From positions 1 to 64,000 of IMG/VR virus record IMGVR_UViG_3300046804_000816: DNA of 64,000 nucleotides. One strand, written 5' to 3'. The notes beneath the pieces were generated by a model that was not told the origin of the DNA, made no database searches, and saw only the letters and a program-made list of their open reading frames with translations. This DNA comes from a virus. Made by a program: the position numbers and the translations under genes. Shown one piece after another: positions 16,876 to 25,188 of this stretch (its first letter is position 1; each line of letters opens with the position of its first letter).

Positions 16876-16941
16876 CTCAGCTGGTAGAGCAGGTGACTGT
16901 TAATCACCGGGTCCCTGGTTCGAGTCCAGGTCGCGGAGCCA
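16866..16941 (+). tRNA. tRNA-Asn(GTT)
   Basis: Cloverleaf; GGTGA-CTGTTAA-TCACC; CCA. Confidence 0.95.
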
Positions 16942-16994
16942 TTTTTAAGTATGCGAACGACGTCTTTTTGAAAAGTATGCGTTCGACTACTTTT

Positions 16995-17069
<75 letters not shown>

Positions 17070-17073
17070 GTTT

Positions 17074-17149
17074 GGGGACATAGCTCAGTTGGGAGAGCGA
17101 TTGCTTTGCAAGCAATAGGTCTGCGGTTCGATCCCGCATGTCTCCACCA
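17074..17149 (+). tRNA. tRNA-Ala(TGC)
   Basis: Cloverleaf; G3:U70 pair; ATTGC-TTTGCAA-GCAAT. Confidence 0.95.
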
Positions 17150-17152
17150 AAA

Positions 17153-17343
17153 TTGAAATGAACGTGGGGTTGCCCTTTCATTTCAATAGATGCTTTGTGG
17201 GTTTGCTGAAACGCTAGGAAACCCTCACGGTTGGTCGCGCTAAATAGACCCGACGGGAGCCACGGTTAGCTCCCACATTCACACCGCGTTGGTCGTCGCG
17301 GGATAACAAGTCTCGTTTCGGGGGTGTAAAAGCTAACGACCAA
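17153..17343 (+). ncRNA. candidate structured RNA(s) in a tRNA spacer
   Basis: Several hairpins and a possible pseudoknot (ACACC/GGTGT crossed with TTGGTCGT/ACGACCAA); no ORF. Confidence 0.4.
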
Positions 17344-17350
17344 TTTATTC

Positions 17351-17426
<76 letters not shown>

Positions 17427-17428
17427 TA

Positions 17429-17579
17429 TTCGATGAGCAGAGCAGAAGAACGGTTATAGACTCGAGATCTATAACGAGGTCGGGATGATGGATGCCTACA
17501 TATTACGGTAGGTTAATCTTATCTTAAAACCTTGGAAACCCGTGATCTGAAAAGGATAGCGCTGTCCGTCCTCATCGAA
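17429..17579 (+). ncRNA. candidate ~150-nt structured RNA between tRNA-Thr and tRNA-Cys
   Basis: Closing stem TTCGATGAG/CTCATCGAA with internal hairpins GTTATAGA/TCTATAAC and CCTAC/GTAGG. Confidence 0.5.
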
Positions 17580-17586
17580 CCTTATC

Positions 17587-17661
17587 GCTACCTGAGCAGG
17601 ACGGTAATGCGCGGGACTGCAAATCCTTGAGAACCCAGTTCAATTCTGGGAGGTAGCTCCA
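17587..17661 (+). tRNA. tRNA-Cys(GCA)
   Basis: Cloverleaf; GGGA-CTGCAAA-TCCT; U73; CCA. Confidence 0.9.
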
Positions 17662-17666
17662 AAAAT

Positions 17667-17750
17667 GCGCCTGTGGTGGAATGGCAGACACGGCAGACTT
17701 AGAATCTGTTGCCGCAGGGCGTGGGGGTTCAAGTCCCTCCAGGCGCACCA
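17667..17750 (+). tRNA. tRNA-Leu(TAG)
   Basis: Cloverleaf with long variable arm; GCAGA-CTTAGAA-TCTGT. Confidence 0.95.
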
Positions 17751-17752
17751 AT

Positions 17753-17760
17753 ACTAAATA
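17753..17760 (+). promoter_or_regulatory. late promoter variant (ACTAAATA)
   Basis: T4 late-like motif upstream of the autotransporter-like gene. Confidence 0.5.
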
Positions 17761-17833
17761 GTACGGTATATTGTACTGACTGACTTCGCTATGATGTTGA
17801 TGACTTACACTCGTCCACACATAGGAGGTCCAG

Positions 17834-19804
17834 ATGAGAAAGATTTTAGCGGCTGCGGTCGCTCTATTTGCGCTTACAACTACAGCTCTTGCTGATAACG
17901 TTCTTATTCTTGGCGGAGAAGGCGACTCTCACGTTTCCGTCAAAACAGAACTTGAAGCAAAGGGACACACAGTAACATATCAAGCTGGAACAGGAAGTCC
18001 TGGCAGTCTTGCTGGATATCAGCAGGTCTGGGATATGCGCTACGGCACAGCGCTCTCAGCCGATGATATGGCTAAGTATGACGCATTCCTGAAGAACAGA
18101 GGATATCTATATCTTTCTGGCGAGCACGCTGGATTCGCTGTTAGAAACAACAGTATCAGCGCATTCACAAGCTCCCTTGGTGGTGGAACCATCACCGTAG
18201 GTGGTAGCCCACAAAACAATCAGTCAGGAAACGGAACATATTTCCCTAACGGCGAAACAGTAGACTTCGCTGCTGCAGCAACCATTACCAGTGCTGGTGG
18301 TCGTGTACTTTCTGCCGACGCAAGCGGAAACGCAACAGCCAAGATGTGGATCGGTAACGCCGGCGATCTTGGTGCAACATACAATGGTACAGTCGTTGTT
18401 GTTGCAGATATCAACTGGACGCAGAGCGCGTTCTATGACGCTAACAACGAAGCATTCCTTGAGCAACTTATCAAAGGAATCGTAGCAGGCACTGTAGGCG
18501 GAACAATCAGCAACTCCGGTAACGGAGCAGCTGGTGGCGGTTCTACTGTTACAATCACCAGTGCTACTGGCACTATCGTCAGAACGACAACAACTGCGAC
18601 TGGAACACCTGTTGTTACTACGCAGACAACGACTGGAACAACAACTCGTTCTACAGCAGTTACATATGGTACGCCAACTGTAACCTCTGCTAACAGAGAC
18701 GCTGCTGCGCGCGATGGCAAAAATGTCAATGTTACTCGTACGGTCACGACAACGACTGTTACGCCAGTGACGACAACTCACACCGACACGACACCAGTAA
18801 CGACTGTAACAACTACGACAACGCCTACCGTCACGACTGTAACTTCTACACCAGTTACAACAATCACAAAGTCTGATGGAACGACTGAAGTTGTGAACGG
18901 TACGCCAACTGTACAGACATACACATCTTACACAGCGACAAATCAAACGACTGTAACAAATCAAGTTCAGACAACTGCTATAAACTCATCTACTACAGCT
19001 GTTGCAAGCACAAACTCTACGAAGAGCGCTTCTATCCTTGGAACGAAGGATGCAATCGCTTCGCGCAACATGAATCTGTTTGCGGTAGATGCTCTTAGCA
19101 CGAAAGATGGAGTCTGGGCTTCGCCTACTGCTCGCTACACTCAGACTGTAGGAAACTATCGTATTGGCGGAATCTCTGGTGGATATCAGACGACTGTGGA
19201 TAACAACACATTCGGCTTCGCTGCATACTACGAGATGGGTGAGAGCAAGGACTTCGTGAACTCATCGACGGATCAGAAGTCATACGGTGCTCTTGTTTAT
19301 GCAATGACGAAGCAAGACTATGCTTGGTTCCGCGTTGCTCTTGGTGCTTCGCAAAGCGAATACAAGAACACAACGTCGATTCCTGAGTTCGCTCTTGTAA
19401 ATTCTTCAAGAGTGAAGCAGAACAACTTCTATGCCGACATTGCTGCATATGCTCCTGAAGCATACGTAGGCTTTAGACCACTTGTTGGCGTAATCGTAAA
19501 TGACAGCATGATTGCTTCTGCATCTGAATATGGCTCGCTGCTTCTGTCGACCATTCCAAGCACGGATTCGTCGATCAAGGCAATGCCATATATAGGATCG
19601 AGATTCGAAATTGATGAAGATGTGTCTGCAGAACTTCGCGTTATCCAGTCGCCCGACTTCAAAACTGTTATAAGTACAAGAGGAACAGTAAAGAAGGAAA
19701 TCTATGACGGCATTTTTATTGATCTGTCAGCAGGATTTGACAAGGGCATATCAGTAGACTATAATAATGCTATTGGTAAGGCTGGTCTAAAGGTGAAGTT
19801 CTGA
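17834..19804 (+). CDS. autotransporter-like outer-membrane protein with Thr-rich stalk
   Basis: Signal peptide, globular N-domain, Thr/Val/Pro-rich stalk of about 200 aa, and a C-terminal amphipathic beta-barrel ending GLKVKF. Confidence 0.7.
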   Translation: MRKILAAAVALFALTTTALADNVLILGGEGDSHVSVKTELEAKGHTVTYQAGTGSPGSLAGYQQVWDMRYGTALSADDMAKYDAFLKNRGYLYLSGEHAGFAVRNNSISAFTSSLGGGTITVGGSPQNNQSGNGTYFPNGETVDFAAAATITSAGGRVLSADASGNATAKMWIGNAGDLGATYNGTVVVVADINWTQSAFYDANNEAFLEQLIKGIVAGTVGGTISNSGNGAAGGGSTVTITSATGTIVRTTTTATGTPVVTTQTTTGTTTRSTAVTYGTPTVTSANRDAAARDGKNVNVTRTVTTTTVTPVTTTHTDTTPVTTVTTTTTPTVTTVTSTPVTTITKSDGTTEVVNGTPTVQTYTSYTATNQTTVTNQVQTTAINSSTTAVASTNSTKSASILGTKDAIASRNMNLFAVDALSTKDGVWASPTARYTQTVGNYRIGGISGGYQTTVDNNTFGFAAYYEMGESKDFVNSSTDQKSYGALVYAMTKQDYAWFRVALGASQSEYKNTTSIPEFALVNSSRVKQNNFYADIAAYAPEAYVGFRPLVGVIVNDSMIASASEYGSLLLSTIPSTDSSIKAMPYIGSRFEIDEDVSAELRVIQSPDFKTVISTRGTVKKEIYDGIFIDLSAGFDKGISVDYNNAIGKAGLKVKF

Positions 19805-19809
19805 TAAGT

Positions 19810-19885
19810 ATCCCACAAGCATTTAGGGGCGATGTAGCGGTCTCCAAAACCGCAGAGCGGGGTTCGAGTCCTCGGTGGGGTGCCA
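19810..19885 (+). tRNA. tRNA-Trp(CCA)
   Basis: GCGGT-CTCCAAA-ACCGC; G73; CCA; atypical D-arm. Confidence 0.85.
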
Positions 19886-19899
19886 GAGTTTAATAGATT

Positions 19900-19983
19900 G
19901 GAGGATAGCGTTCATGGTGAGCAATCGGTCTTGAAAACCGAGCCCCCGCAAGGGTGATGGTTCGATTCCTTTATCCTCCGCCA
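19900..19983 (+). tRNA. tRNA-Ser(TGA)
   Basis: Long variable arm; TCGGT-CTTGAAA-ACCGA; G73; CCA. Confidence 0.9.
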
Positions 19984-20036
19984 ATAATGCCCGGCTCCGT
20001 GGCTACTATCAAATTACGGGCCCTTCCTTTACATTC

Positions 20037-20112
20037 GCCCACGTAGTCCAACGGCAGAGACAAGAGACTTAAAATCTCTAGAGTGTCGGTTCGAGTCCGA
20101 CCGTGGGTACCA
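20037..20112 (+). tRNA. tRNA with TAA (Leu) anticodon and a short variable loop
   Basis: AGAGA-CTTAAAA-TCTCT; 76 nt; A73; CCA. Confidence 0.88.
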
Positions 20113-20113
20113 C

Positions 20114-20121
20114 TATAAATA
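20114..20121 (+). promoter_or_regulatory. T4-type late promoter TATAAATA
   Basis: Exact T4 late consensus. Confidence 0.7.
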
Positions 20122-20127
20122 CAAGCG

Positions 20128-20601
20128 ATGAATAACATGAATCTTGATGAAGTGCGTGAGTTCATTCGGAACTGCTCCGAATCAACTTGCATTTATATTG
20201 GTGCAGACTCCGAGAGATACAGGGGTAAGGATGACTTATGGTACGCAGACTACACAGTCGCCGTTGTGGTTCACTATGACGGGGCTCGTGGTTGCAAAGT
20301 TTTTGGATCCGTATCCACAGAGCGCGATTTCGATCAGCGTAAAAATAAGCCCGCATATAGGTTGATGAACGAGGTCTATAAAGCGGCACAGCTTTATATG
20401 GATCTCGCAGAAGCAATCGGTGATCGTCATGCGGAAGTTCATCTAGATATCAATCCAGACATTATTCACGGAAGCAGTTGTGTCGTTCAGCAGGCTATCG
20501 GTTATATTCGCGGCACATGCAATGTGACCCCTAGAGTAAAGCCGCAAGCATTCGCAGCCAGTTATGCAGCAGACAGAATGAAGGAGCTGTTAGCGTCATG
20601 A
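20128..20601 (+). CDS. RNase H-like YkuK family protein
   Basis: IYIGADS, RLMNEV, EVHLDINPD and KPQAFAASYAAD motifs. Confidence 0.85.
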   Translation: MNNMNLDEVREFIRNCSESTCIYIGADSERYRGKDDLWYADYTVAVVVHYDGARGCKVFGSVSTERDFDQRKNKPAYRLMNEVYKAAQLYMDLAEAIGDRHAEVHLDINPDIIHGSSCVVQQAIGYIRGTCNVTPRVKPQAFAASYAADRMKELLAS

Positions 20602-21191
20602 GTTATACATTCGAGAATTTCGTTCTTACATACGACAACTTTTTCACACCAGAAGAATGTCAATCGGTCATCGACTGTTTCCATCGTTTTGAGAATGCTG
20701 GATTTACCATGAGCAGACAAGCTCAGGGAAGCAAATCGCACGAAAAGAAAGACGATCAATTATATGTAACATCTTTGCTTTCTACTCAAGAATTTGATAT
20801 TTCAGATCTAGAACCATTTAATTTATTTAACCGTAAGTTCTGGAATGAAGTCTATCCTAAGTATGCAGAGAAGTATAGCATAATCGGCGGATTCCCTCAT
20901 CACACGATCCGACTCATTAAACTACAGAAAACTGAAGTTGGTGGCGGTTATCATGTATGGCATTGCGAAGATGATAATCCAGGAAATATGCGTCGTATGA
21001 TGACATTCATTCTATATCTGAATAATGTGAGTGATGGAGGAGAAACTGAATTTCTTTACTATCCCAAGAGAATCGCGCCACAGGCTGGACGACTGATTCT
21101 GTGGCCTGCGGGATATACCCACACTCATCGTGGCAATCCACCAATCAGCAACACGAAGTACATTCTTACTGGTTGGGTAGAAATGAGCTGA
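20598..21191 (+). CDS. 2OG-Fe(II) oxygenase (prolyl 4-hydroxylase-like)
   Basis: GYHVWHCE, YLN...GGETEF and THTHRGNPP..KYI.TGW motifs. Confidence 0.9.
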   Translation: MSYTFENFVLTYDNFFTPEECQSVIDCFHRFENAGFTMSRQAQGSKSHEKKDDQLYVTSLLSTQEFDISDLEPFNLFNRKFWNEVYPKYAEKYSIIGGFPHHTIRLIKLQKTEVGGGYHVWHCEDDNPGNMRRMMTFILYLNNVSDGGETEFLYYPKRIAPQAGRLILWPAGYTHTHRGNPPISNTKYILTGWVEMS

Positions 21192-21194
21192 TCT

Positions 21195-22097
21195 ATGAAA
21201 ATTCTTGTTTCGTTTTCCGGTGGATTTGATTCCACTTACATTATGTACAAATTGTTGACAGAAACGACACATGAAATTACGGCTGTATGCTTTTATGGTT
21301 ATCATAAAGATATTTGTATGAGCGCTCAGCCGTCTTTGAGTAAGATTCAGCCCAATCTCGATATAATAGTGCAAGAGCTGAAAAAGATCAGAGACTTCAC
21401 GTTTATCACGAAAGAAATACAACGCGAAGAATTTACTGAAGACAATGCGTTTCTATCGCGCTATATTGTAAAAGACAAGCTGCATGCAATCGCTAGCGGT
21501 CCTTTAGATTATTTTATTTGGTGGGCGATTCCAGGAGTTAATGCTGGATCGTACGATACTCTCGTGCATGGCATTTCCTGGGAACAAATGCGCAAGAAAT
21601 ATAAAACGACAGATGGAACTGAAGGAAGTCCGAAGCACGTCGAAGCAGAAAAGAAACTGAAACAATATGCGCCCACTGCTCGTATGTGGTTTCCATTATT
21701 GAATCATGATTTTCATTATCAGTTTAACAGATGGCATATCTTTAAGTACATGCCAGAAAACCTGCAGAGATATTGCATTTCTTGTGCGTCGCCAACTGTC
21801 AATGAAGAATCAATAAAAGAACCGTGTGGATATTGTTTCAAATGTTTGTGGGATAAGTTCACTAAGAATGTCGTTGAACACGATGTGATGAACGCGGAAC
21901 AGCTTGAAGAATATCGCTATAAGAAAGCATTAGAGTATGGTGGCGGAAATGGCATTACAGCCACTATGCGTTATTGGATTCCCGTAGAAATGCAAGCCCA
22001 AAAATCGTATTATCATGTTGATGGACTTGTTCTCGACACCAAAGAAAAGGTGCAGCAATATATGCAGAACAAGAACTTCGACTATCTTGTGAAATAG
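21195..22097 (+). CDS. QueC-like PP-loop ATPase
   Basis: N-terminal SFSGGFDS PP-loop; C-terminal SC...PCGYCFKC zinc site. Confidence 0.65.
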   Translation: MKILVSFSGGFDSTYIMYKLLTETTHEITAVCFYGYHKDICMSAQPSLSKIQPNLDIIVQELKKIRDFTFITKEIQREEFTEDNAFLSRYIVKDKLHAIASGPLDYFIWWAIPGVNAGSYDTLVHGISWEQMRKKYKTTDGTEGSPKHVEAEKKLKQYAPTARMWFPLLNHDFHYQFNRWHIFKYMPENLQRYCISCASPTVNEESIKEPCGYCFKCLWDKFTKNVVEHDVMNAEQLEEYRYKKALEYGGGNGITATMRYWIPVEMQAQKSYYHVDGLVLDTKEKVQQYMQNKNFDYLVK

Positions 22098-22172
22098 GGC
22101 GTATAGCTCAAGCGGTAAGAGCAGGCGCCTTATAAGCGTCCGATCTGGGTTCGAGTCCCGGTACGCCCACCA
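22097..22172 (+). tRNA. tRNA-Ile(TAT)
   Basis: GGCGC-CTTATAA-GCGTC; acceptor stem GGGCGTA/TACGCCC; A73; CCA. Confidence 0.88.
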
Positions 22173-22180
22173 TTTTCTTC

Positions 22181-22209
22181 TTGACAACTGACCTATTTGA
22201 CCATATAAT
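22181..22209 (+). promoter_or_regulatory. sigma70-type promoter
   Basis: TTGACA-N17-TATAAT. Confidence 0.85.
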
Positions 22210-22235
22210 GGTAATTGTGATGAGGGGTCAATATC

Positions 22236-22628
22236 ATGCCATTACTGCCAGCCTATTACACGACTACGAATCTGCGTAAGCGCAAAGCACGTAAGCCAAC
22301 TCAGGCTATGATTGATTCACAACGTGTGACACAAGAATTGCTTGATCGTGTTGGTTATAGTAAGCCAACTAAGACTAAGAAGAAGTTCTCATATTCATTG
22401 GCTGTCGAATCTAATGCTGCTCCACTGACCAACACGATTCCTGGCGGTATCGCTGCGAAGCGTGATAAGTTGACTGAGCATAAGTGGAAGCGTGGTGCGG
22501 AAGAATCTGCTGCGACTGTCAAGGCTATCGAAGAGAAAGCGAAGCGTGTTGCGCCAGCATATAACAAAGGTGCAGTTCAGTATATCACAGACGAGACTGA
22601 TGCAAAGTATCTCGGTCGTAAGATCTAG
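22236..22628 (+). CDS. conserved basic phage protein
   Basis: C-terminal APAYNKGAVQYI motif seen in T4-like phages. Confidence 0.7.
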   Translation: MPLLPAYYTTTNLRKRKARKPTQAMIDSQRVTQELLDRVGYSKPTKTKKKFSYSLAVESNAAPLTNTIPGGIAAKRDKLTEHKWKRGAEESAATVKAIEEKAKRVAPAYNKGAVQYITDETDAKYLGRKI

Positions 22629-22664
22629 CTATATACTGATGAAGAATCTAAATGGAGTGCGTGA

Positions 22665-23645
22665 ATGACTAAACTAAAGATCACTGGATTGAAAGAATCT
22701 TCTACAACAATCGATCCTACAGATAATGGCACATTTGAACATATTGGTGCTAAAGGTGGCACTGAGCAGATGTACCAAGGATTGATTCAGCGTTTGCCAC
22801 CTGAACTTGTCGATAAGTTCAATATCATTTGTTCTCGTGTCCGTGCAGTAGATCCAAACAAAAAGAACATTCTTTGGTTGCACGACACATGGGACGATCC
22901 AGAATCACAACATTTGAAGGATCTGAAAAGCCTTGAGCGATTCGAAAAACTCGTATTCGTATCACACTATCAGCAGTCCACTTACAATCTTGGGCTTGGA
23001 GTGCCCTATTCAAAGGGCATCGTACTACAGAACGCGATCGTCCCTATTGAAGAACACGTCAAACCTAAAGGAACGATTAATCTCATTTATCACACGACGC
23101 CGCATAGAGGATTAGAAATCCTTGTTCCGGTCGTCGAGTTCTTGGCTAGTCGTGGCGTAGACTTTCATCTAGACGTCTATTCTTCGTTCAAGATCTACGG
23201 ATGGGAACAACGCGACGAGCCGTACAAGGCTCTGTTCGATCGCTGCAATCGTCATCCGAACATTACGTATCATGGATATCAGCCAAACTCTGTTGTGCGT
23301 GAAGCACTGAAGAAAGCGCACATCTATGCGTATCCTAATATCTGGCCAGAGACGAGCGCAATCTCTGTGATCGAAGCGATGAGCGCTGGTTGTACGGTAA
23401 TCTGTCCTAACTTCGCTGCTCTTCCTGAAACGTGCGCCAACTTCGCAGTCATGTATGGCTGGGATGAAAACGCCAATGTCCACGCAAATCAGTTCGCTGG
23501 CATTCTTAAAATGGTCATCGACGGATTCTGGGATGACCATAATCAGGATAGGCTAAGGCTACAGAAAATCTACTTCGACAACTTCTATAATTGGGATCTT
23601 CGGGCTATTCAATGGCGCGATTTCTTGGGCTCGATTAGTTCTTGA
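22665..23645 (+). CDS. GT-B glycosyltransferase (GT4-like)
   Basis: GGTE, WLHD, TPHRGL and YPNIWPETSAISVIEAMSAG motifs. Confidence 0.88.
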   Translation: MTKLKITGLKESSTTIDPTDNGTFEHIGAKGGTEQMYQGLIQRLPPELVDKFNIICSRVRAVDPNKKNILWLHDTWDDPESQHLKDLKSLERFEKLVFVSHYQQSTYNLGLGVPYSKGIVLQNAIVPIEEHVKPKGTINLIYHTTPHRGLEILVPVVEFLASRGVDFHLDVYSSFKIYGWEQRDEPYKALFDRCNRHPNITYHGYQPNSVVREALKKAHIYAYPNIWPETSAISVIEAMSAGCTVICPNFAALPETCANFAVMYGWDENANVHANQFAGILKMVIDGFWDDHNQDRLRLQKIYFDNFYNWDLRAIQWRDFLGSISS

Positions 23646-23670
23646 CAACCACTTTGCCATATGATATACT
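23642..23670 (+). promoter_or_regulatory. sigma70-type promoter
   Basis: TTGACA-N17-TATACT with extended -10 TG. Confidence 0.8.
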
Positions 23671-23693
23671 TATCATAATGGTAGGAGAAACGT

Positions 23694-24827
23694 ATGGCAA
23701 AGAGTCTACTATCCGTAAAGGTCAAGAAGCGTAAGGCTATTCTGCCACGTGGCGCTGATTCCAAACATATGGGTCCAGAGCCAACGTGGGATGATATTGC
23801 TTTCCTGAACGAGAGCGATATCCGCCTGCGCGAGATGACAGCCTACAACTGGTACAACTACTTCTACGAGCCCAAAGAGGGGCGTAAGTTCATCGTAGAG
23901 TTCATGGAAGACGCGGGTATGTCTCGCGCTTCCATCGCGATGTTTGGACGTCTGCCTGATTCTCAGATTAGCAGCTCGGTCGCAGCTATGGCTCGTATGT
24001 ACACGATGGGTCTAGCTGACGACGAGCGCAAGACTAAGATCGAGACCAAGATTATTGATATGTGTCGCAAGGCCGCAGATCTCGCTCGCGCGAGCGCGAA
24101 GGCTGCAATTTCTGCGCCAGTCAAGGCTGACTCTTCAAAGATTCTTATCGCAGAAGTCGAGGGTTATGTAGATGACAATTCCGACAATCTGTACAACTTC
24201 TATGAATGGCTGAAAAAGAAAGAAGCAAAGCCATCGGAAGTCAAAGCACTGATCGACTACTATGTTCCTTGGCTTCAAGAACTGATTGAGGCTAATGAAC
24301 GTACCGTCGATCCAGATCTCAAAGAAGCCTACAGCTATATGTCAAAGAAAGAGCTGAAGGCCCGCATGACTATGTTTAGCAATCTCGTTGGCGATTGCGA
24401 GTCGTATCTGTCGAACAATCGCAAGACGACTGTGCGCAAGCCACGTAAGACTAAGCCAAAGTCTGCAGACAAGATTGTATCTAGAATCAAATTCCAGAAG
24501 GAACATACAGAACTCAAGCTGGTGTCGATTGATCCGTCGAAGATCGTTGGCTCATCTGAGTTGTGGCTCTTCAATACGAAGACCAATGTTCTCGCTCATT
24601 ATGTCGCAGCTGAAGCGACTGGACTGACAGTGAAGGGAACTACGATCCAGTCGTTCTCAGATAAGTCAGAACAGAAGAAGTTGCGTAAGCCCGCAGATGC
24701 GTTGCCTAACATTACAGGCGCTACAGCCAAAGCAGCAGAACGTGCATTCAAAGCATTGACCACGAAAGCGAGTAATCCTAATGGAAGAATCAATGAGCAG
24801 ACAATCATCCTCCGAGCCATCAAATAA
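23694..24827 (+). CDS. conserved T4-like hypothetical protein
   Basis: GPEPTW, AYNWYNY and LRKP...NGRIN...IILR motifs. Confidence 0.75.
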   Translation: MAKSLLSVKVKKRKAILPRGADSKHMGPEPTWDDIAFLNESDIRLREMTAYNWYNYFYEPKEGRKFIVEFMEDAGMSRASIAMFGRLPDSQISSSVAAMARMYTMGLADDERKTKIETKIIDMCRKAADLARASAKAAISAPVKADSSKILIAEVEGYVDDNSDNLYNFYEWLKKKEAKPSEVKALIDYYVPWLQELIEANERTVDPDLKEAYSYMSKKELKARMTMFSNLVGDCESYLSNNRKTTVRKPRKTKPKSADKIVSRIKFQKEHTELKLVSIDPSKIVGSSELWLFNTKTNVLAHYVAAEATGLTVKGTTIQSFSDKSEQKKLRKPADALPNITGATAKAAERAFKALTTKASNPNGRINEQTIILRAIK

Positions 24828-25143
24828 CAACGTTGTAATGTTCCCTGGCGCTCGTGTTAGATTGATTGCGCCTCTTGAAGATCAAGAAGCACGCGAAGCA
24901 TCACAGCGCGCATATATCGACGAAGTGACAGAAGCCTATGCAACACAGCTGGCTAATAAGCTAGGTCAACAAGGCTTCGATGTATTCACGAAAGAGTTCG
25001 ACAAGCATTTTGGCTTTACGATGGAAGCCTTTCGCGCAACGTTGCTCAAGACAATGGGACTAAGCCACCCGTTCCACGAAATGGTTGAAGCAGCGGTCGA
25101 AGCCATTCTTCATCAAGATGACGATGAAGAAGATCCGGCTTGA
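24793..25143 (+). CDS. hypothetical protein
   Basis: NNVVMFP motif; in operon context. Confidence 0.6.
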   Translation: MSRQSSSEPSNNNVVMFPGARVRLIAPLEDQEAREASQRAYIDEVTEAYATQLANKLGQQGFDVFTKEFDKHFGFTMEAFRATLLKTMGLSHPFHEMVEAAVEAILHQDDDEEDPA

Positions 25144-25168
25144 CAATCATATCCTATAGTGATATGAT
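25140..25168 (+). promoter_or_regulatory. sigma70-type promoter
   Basis: TTGACA-N17-TATGAT with extended -10 TG. Confidence 0.8.
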
Positions 25169-25188
25169 ACAATTATGCAATGGAGTAA

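Noticed and set aside
17281-17343. SAM-II riboswitch call
   Set aside because: The GCUAA resemblance is there, but the conserved loop-1 residues are not evident and a tRNA, not an ORF, follows.
17429-17579. 6S RNA or hammerhead ribozyme call
   Set aside because: The fold is multibranched rather than a rod with a central bubble, and there is no CUGANGA core; kept only as an unknown ncRNA.
18540-19020. Tandem DNA repeat or array in the autotransporter gene
   Set aside because: Low-complexity Thr/Val coding with varied codons and no fixed repeat unit.
21195-22097. 7-deazaguanine DNA-modification pathway
   Set aside because: Only a QueC-like gene is visible; no folE, queD, queE or dpdA in this window, though they could lie elsewhere.
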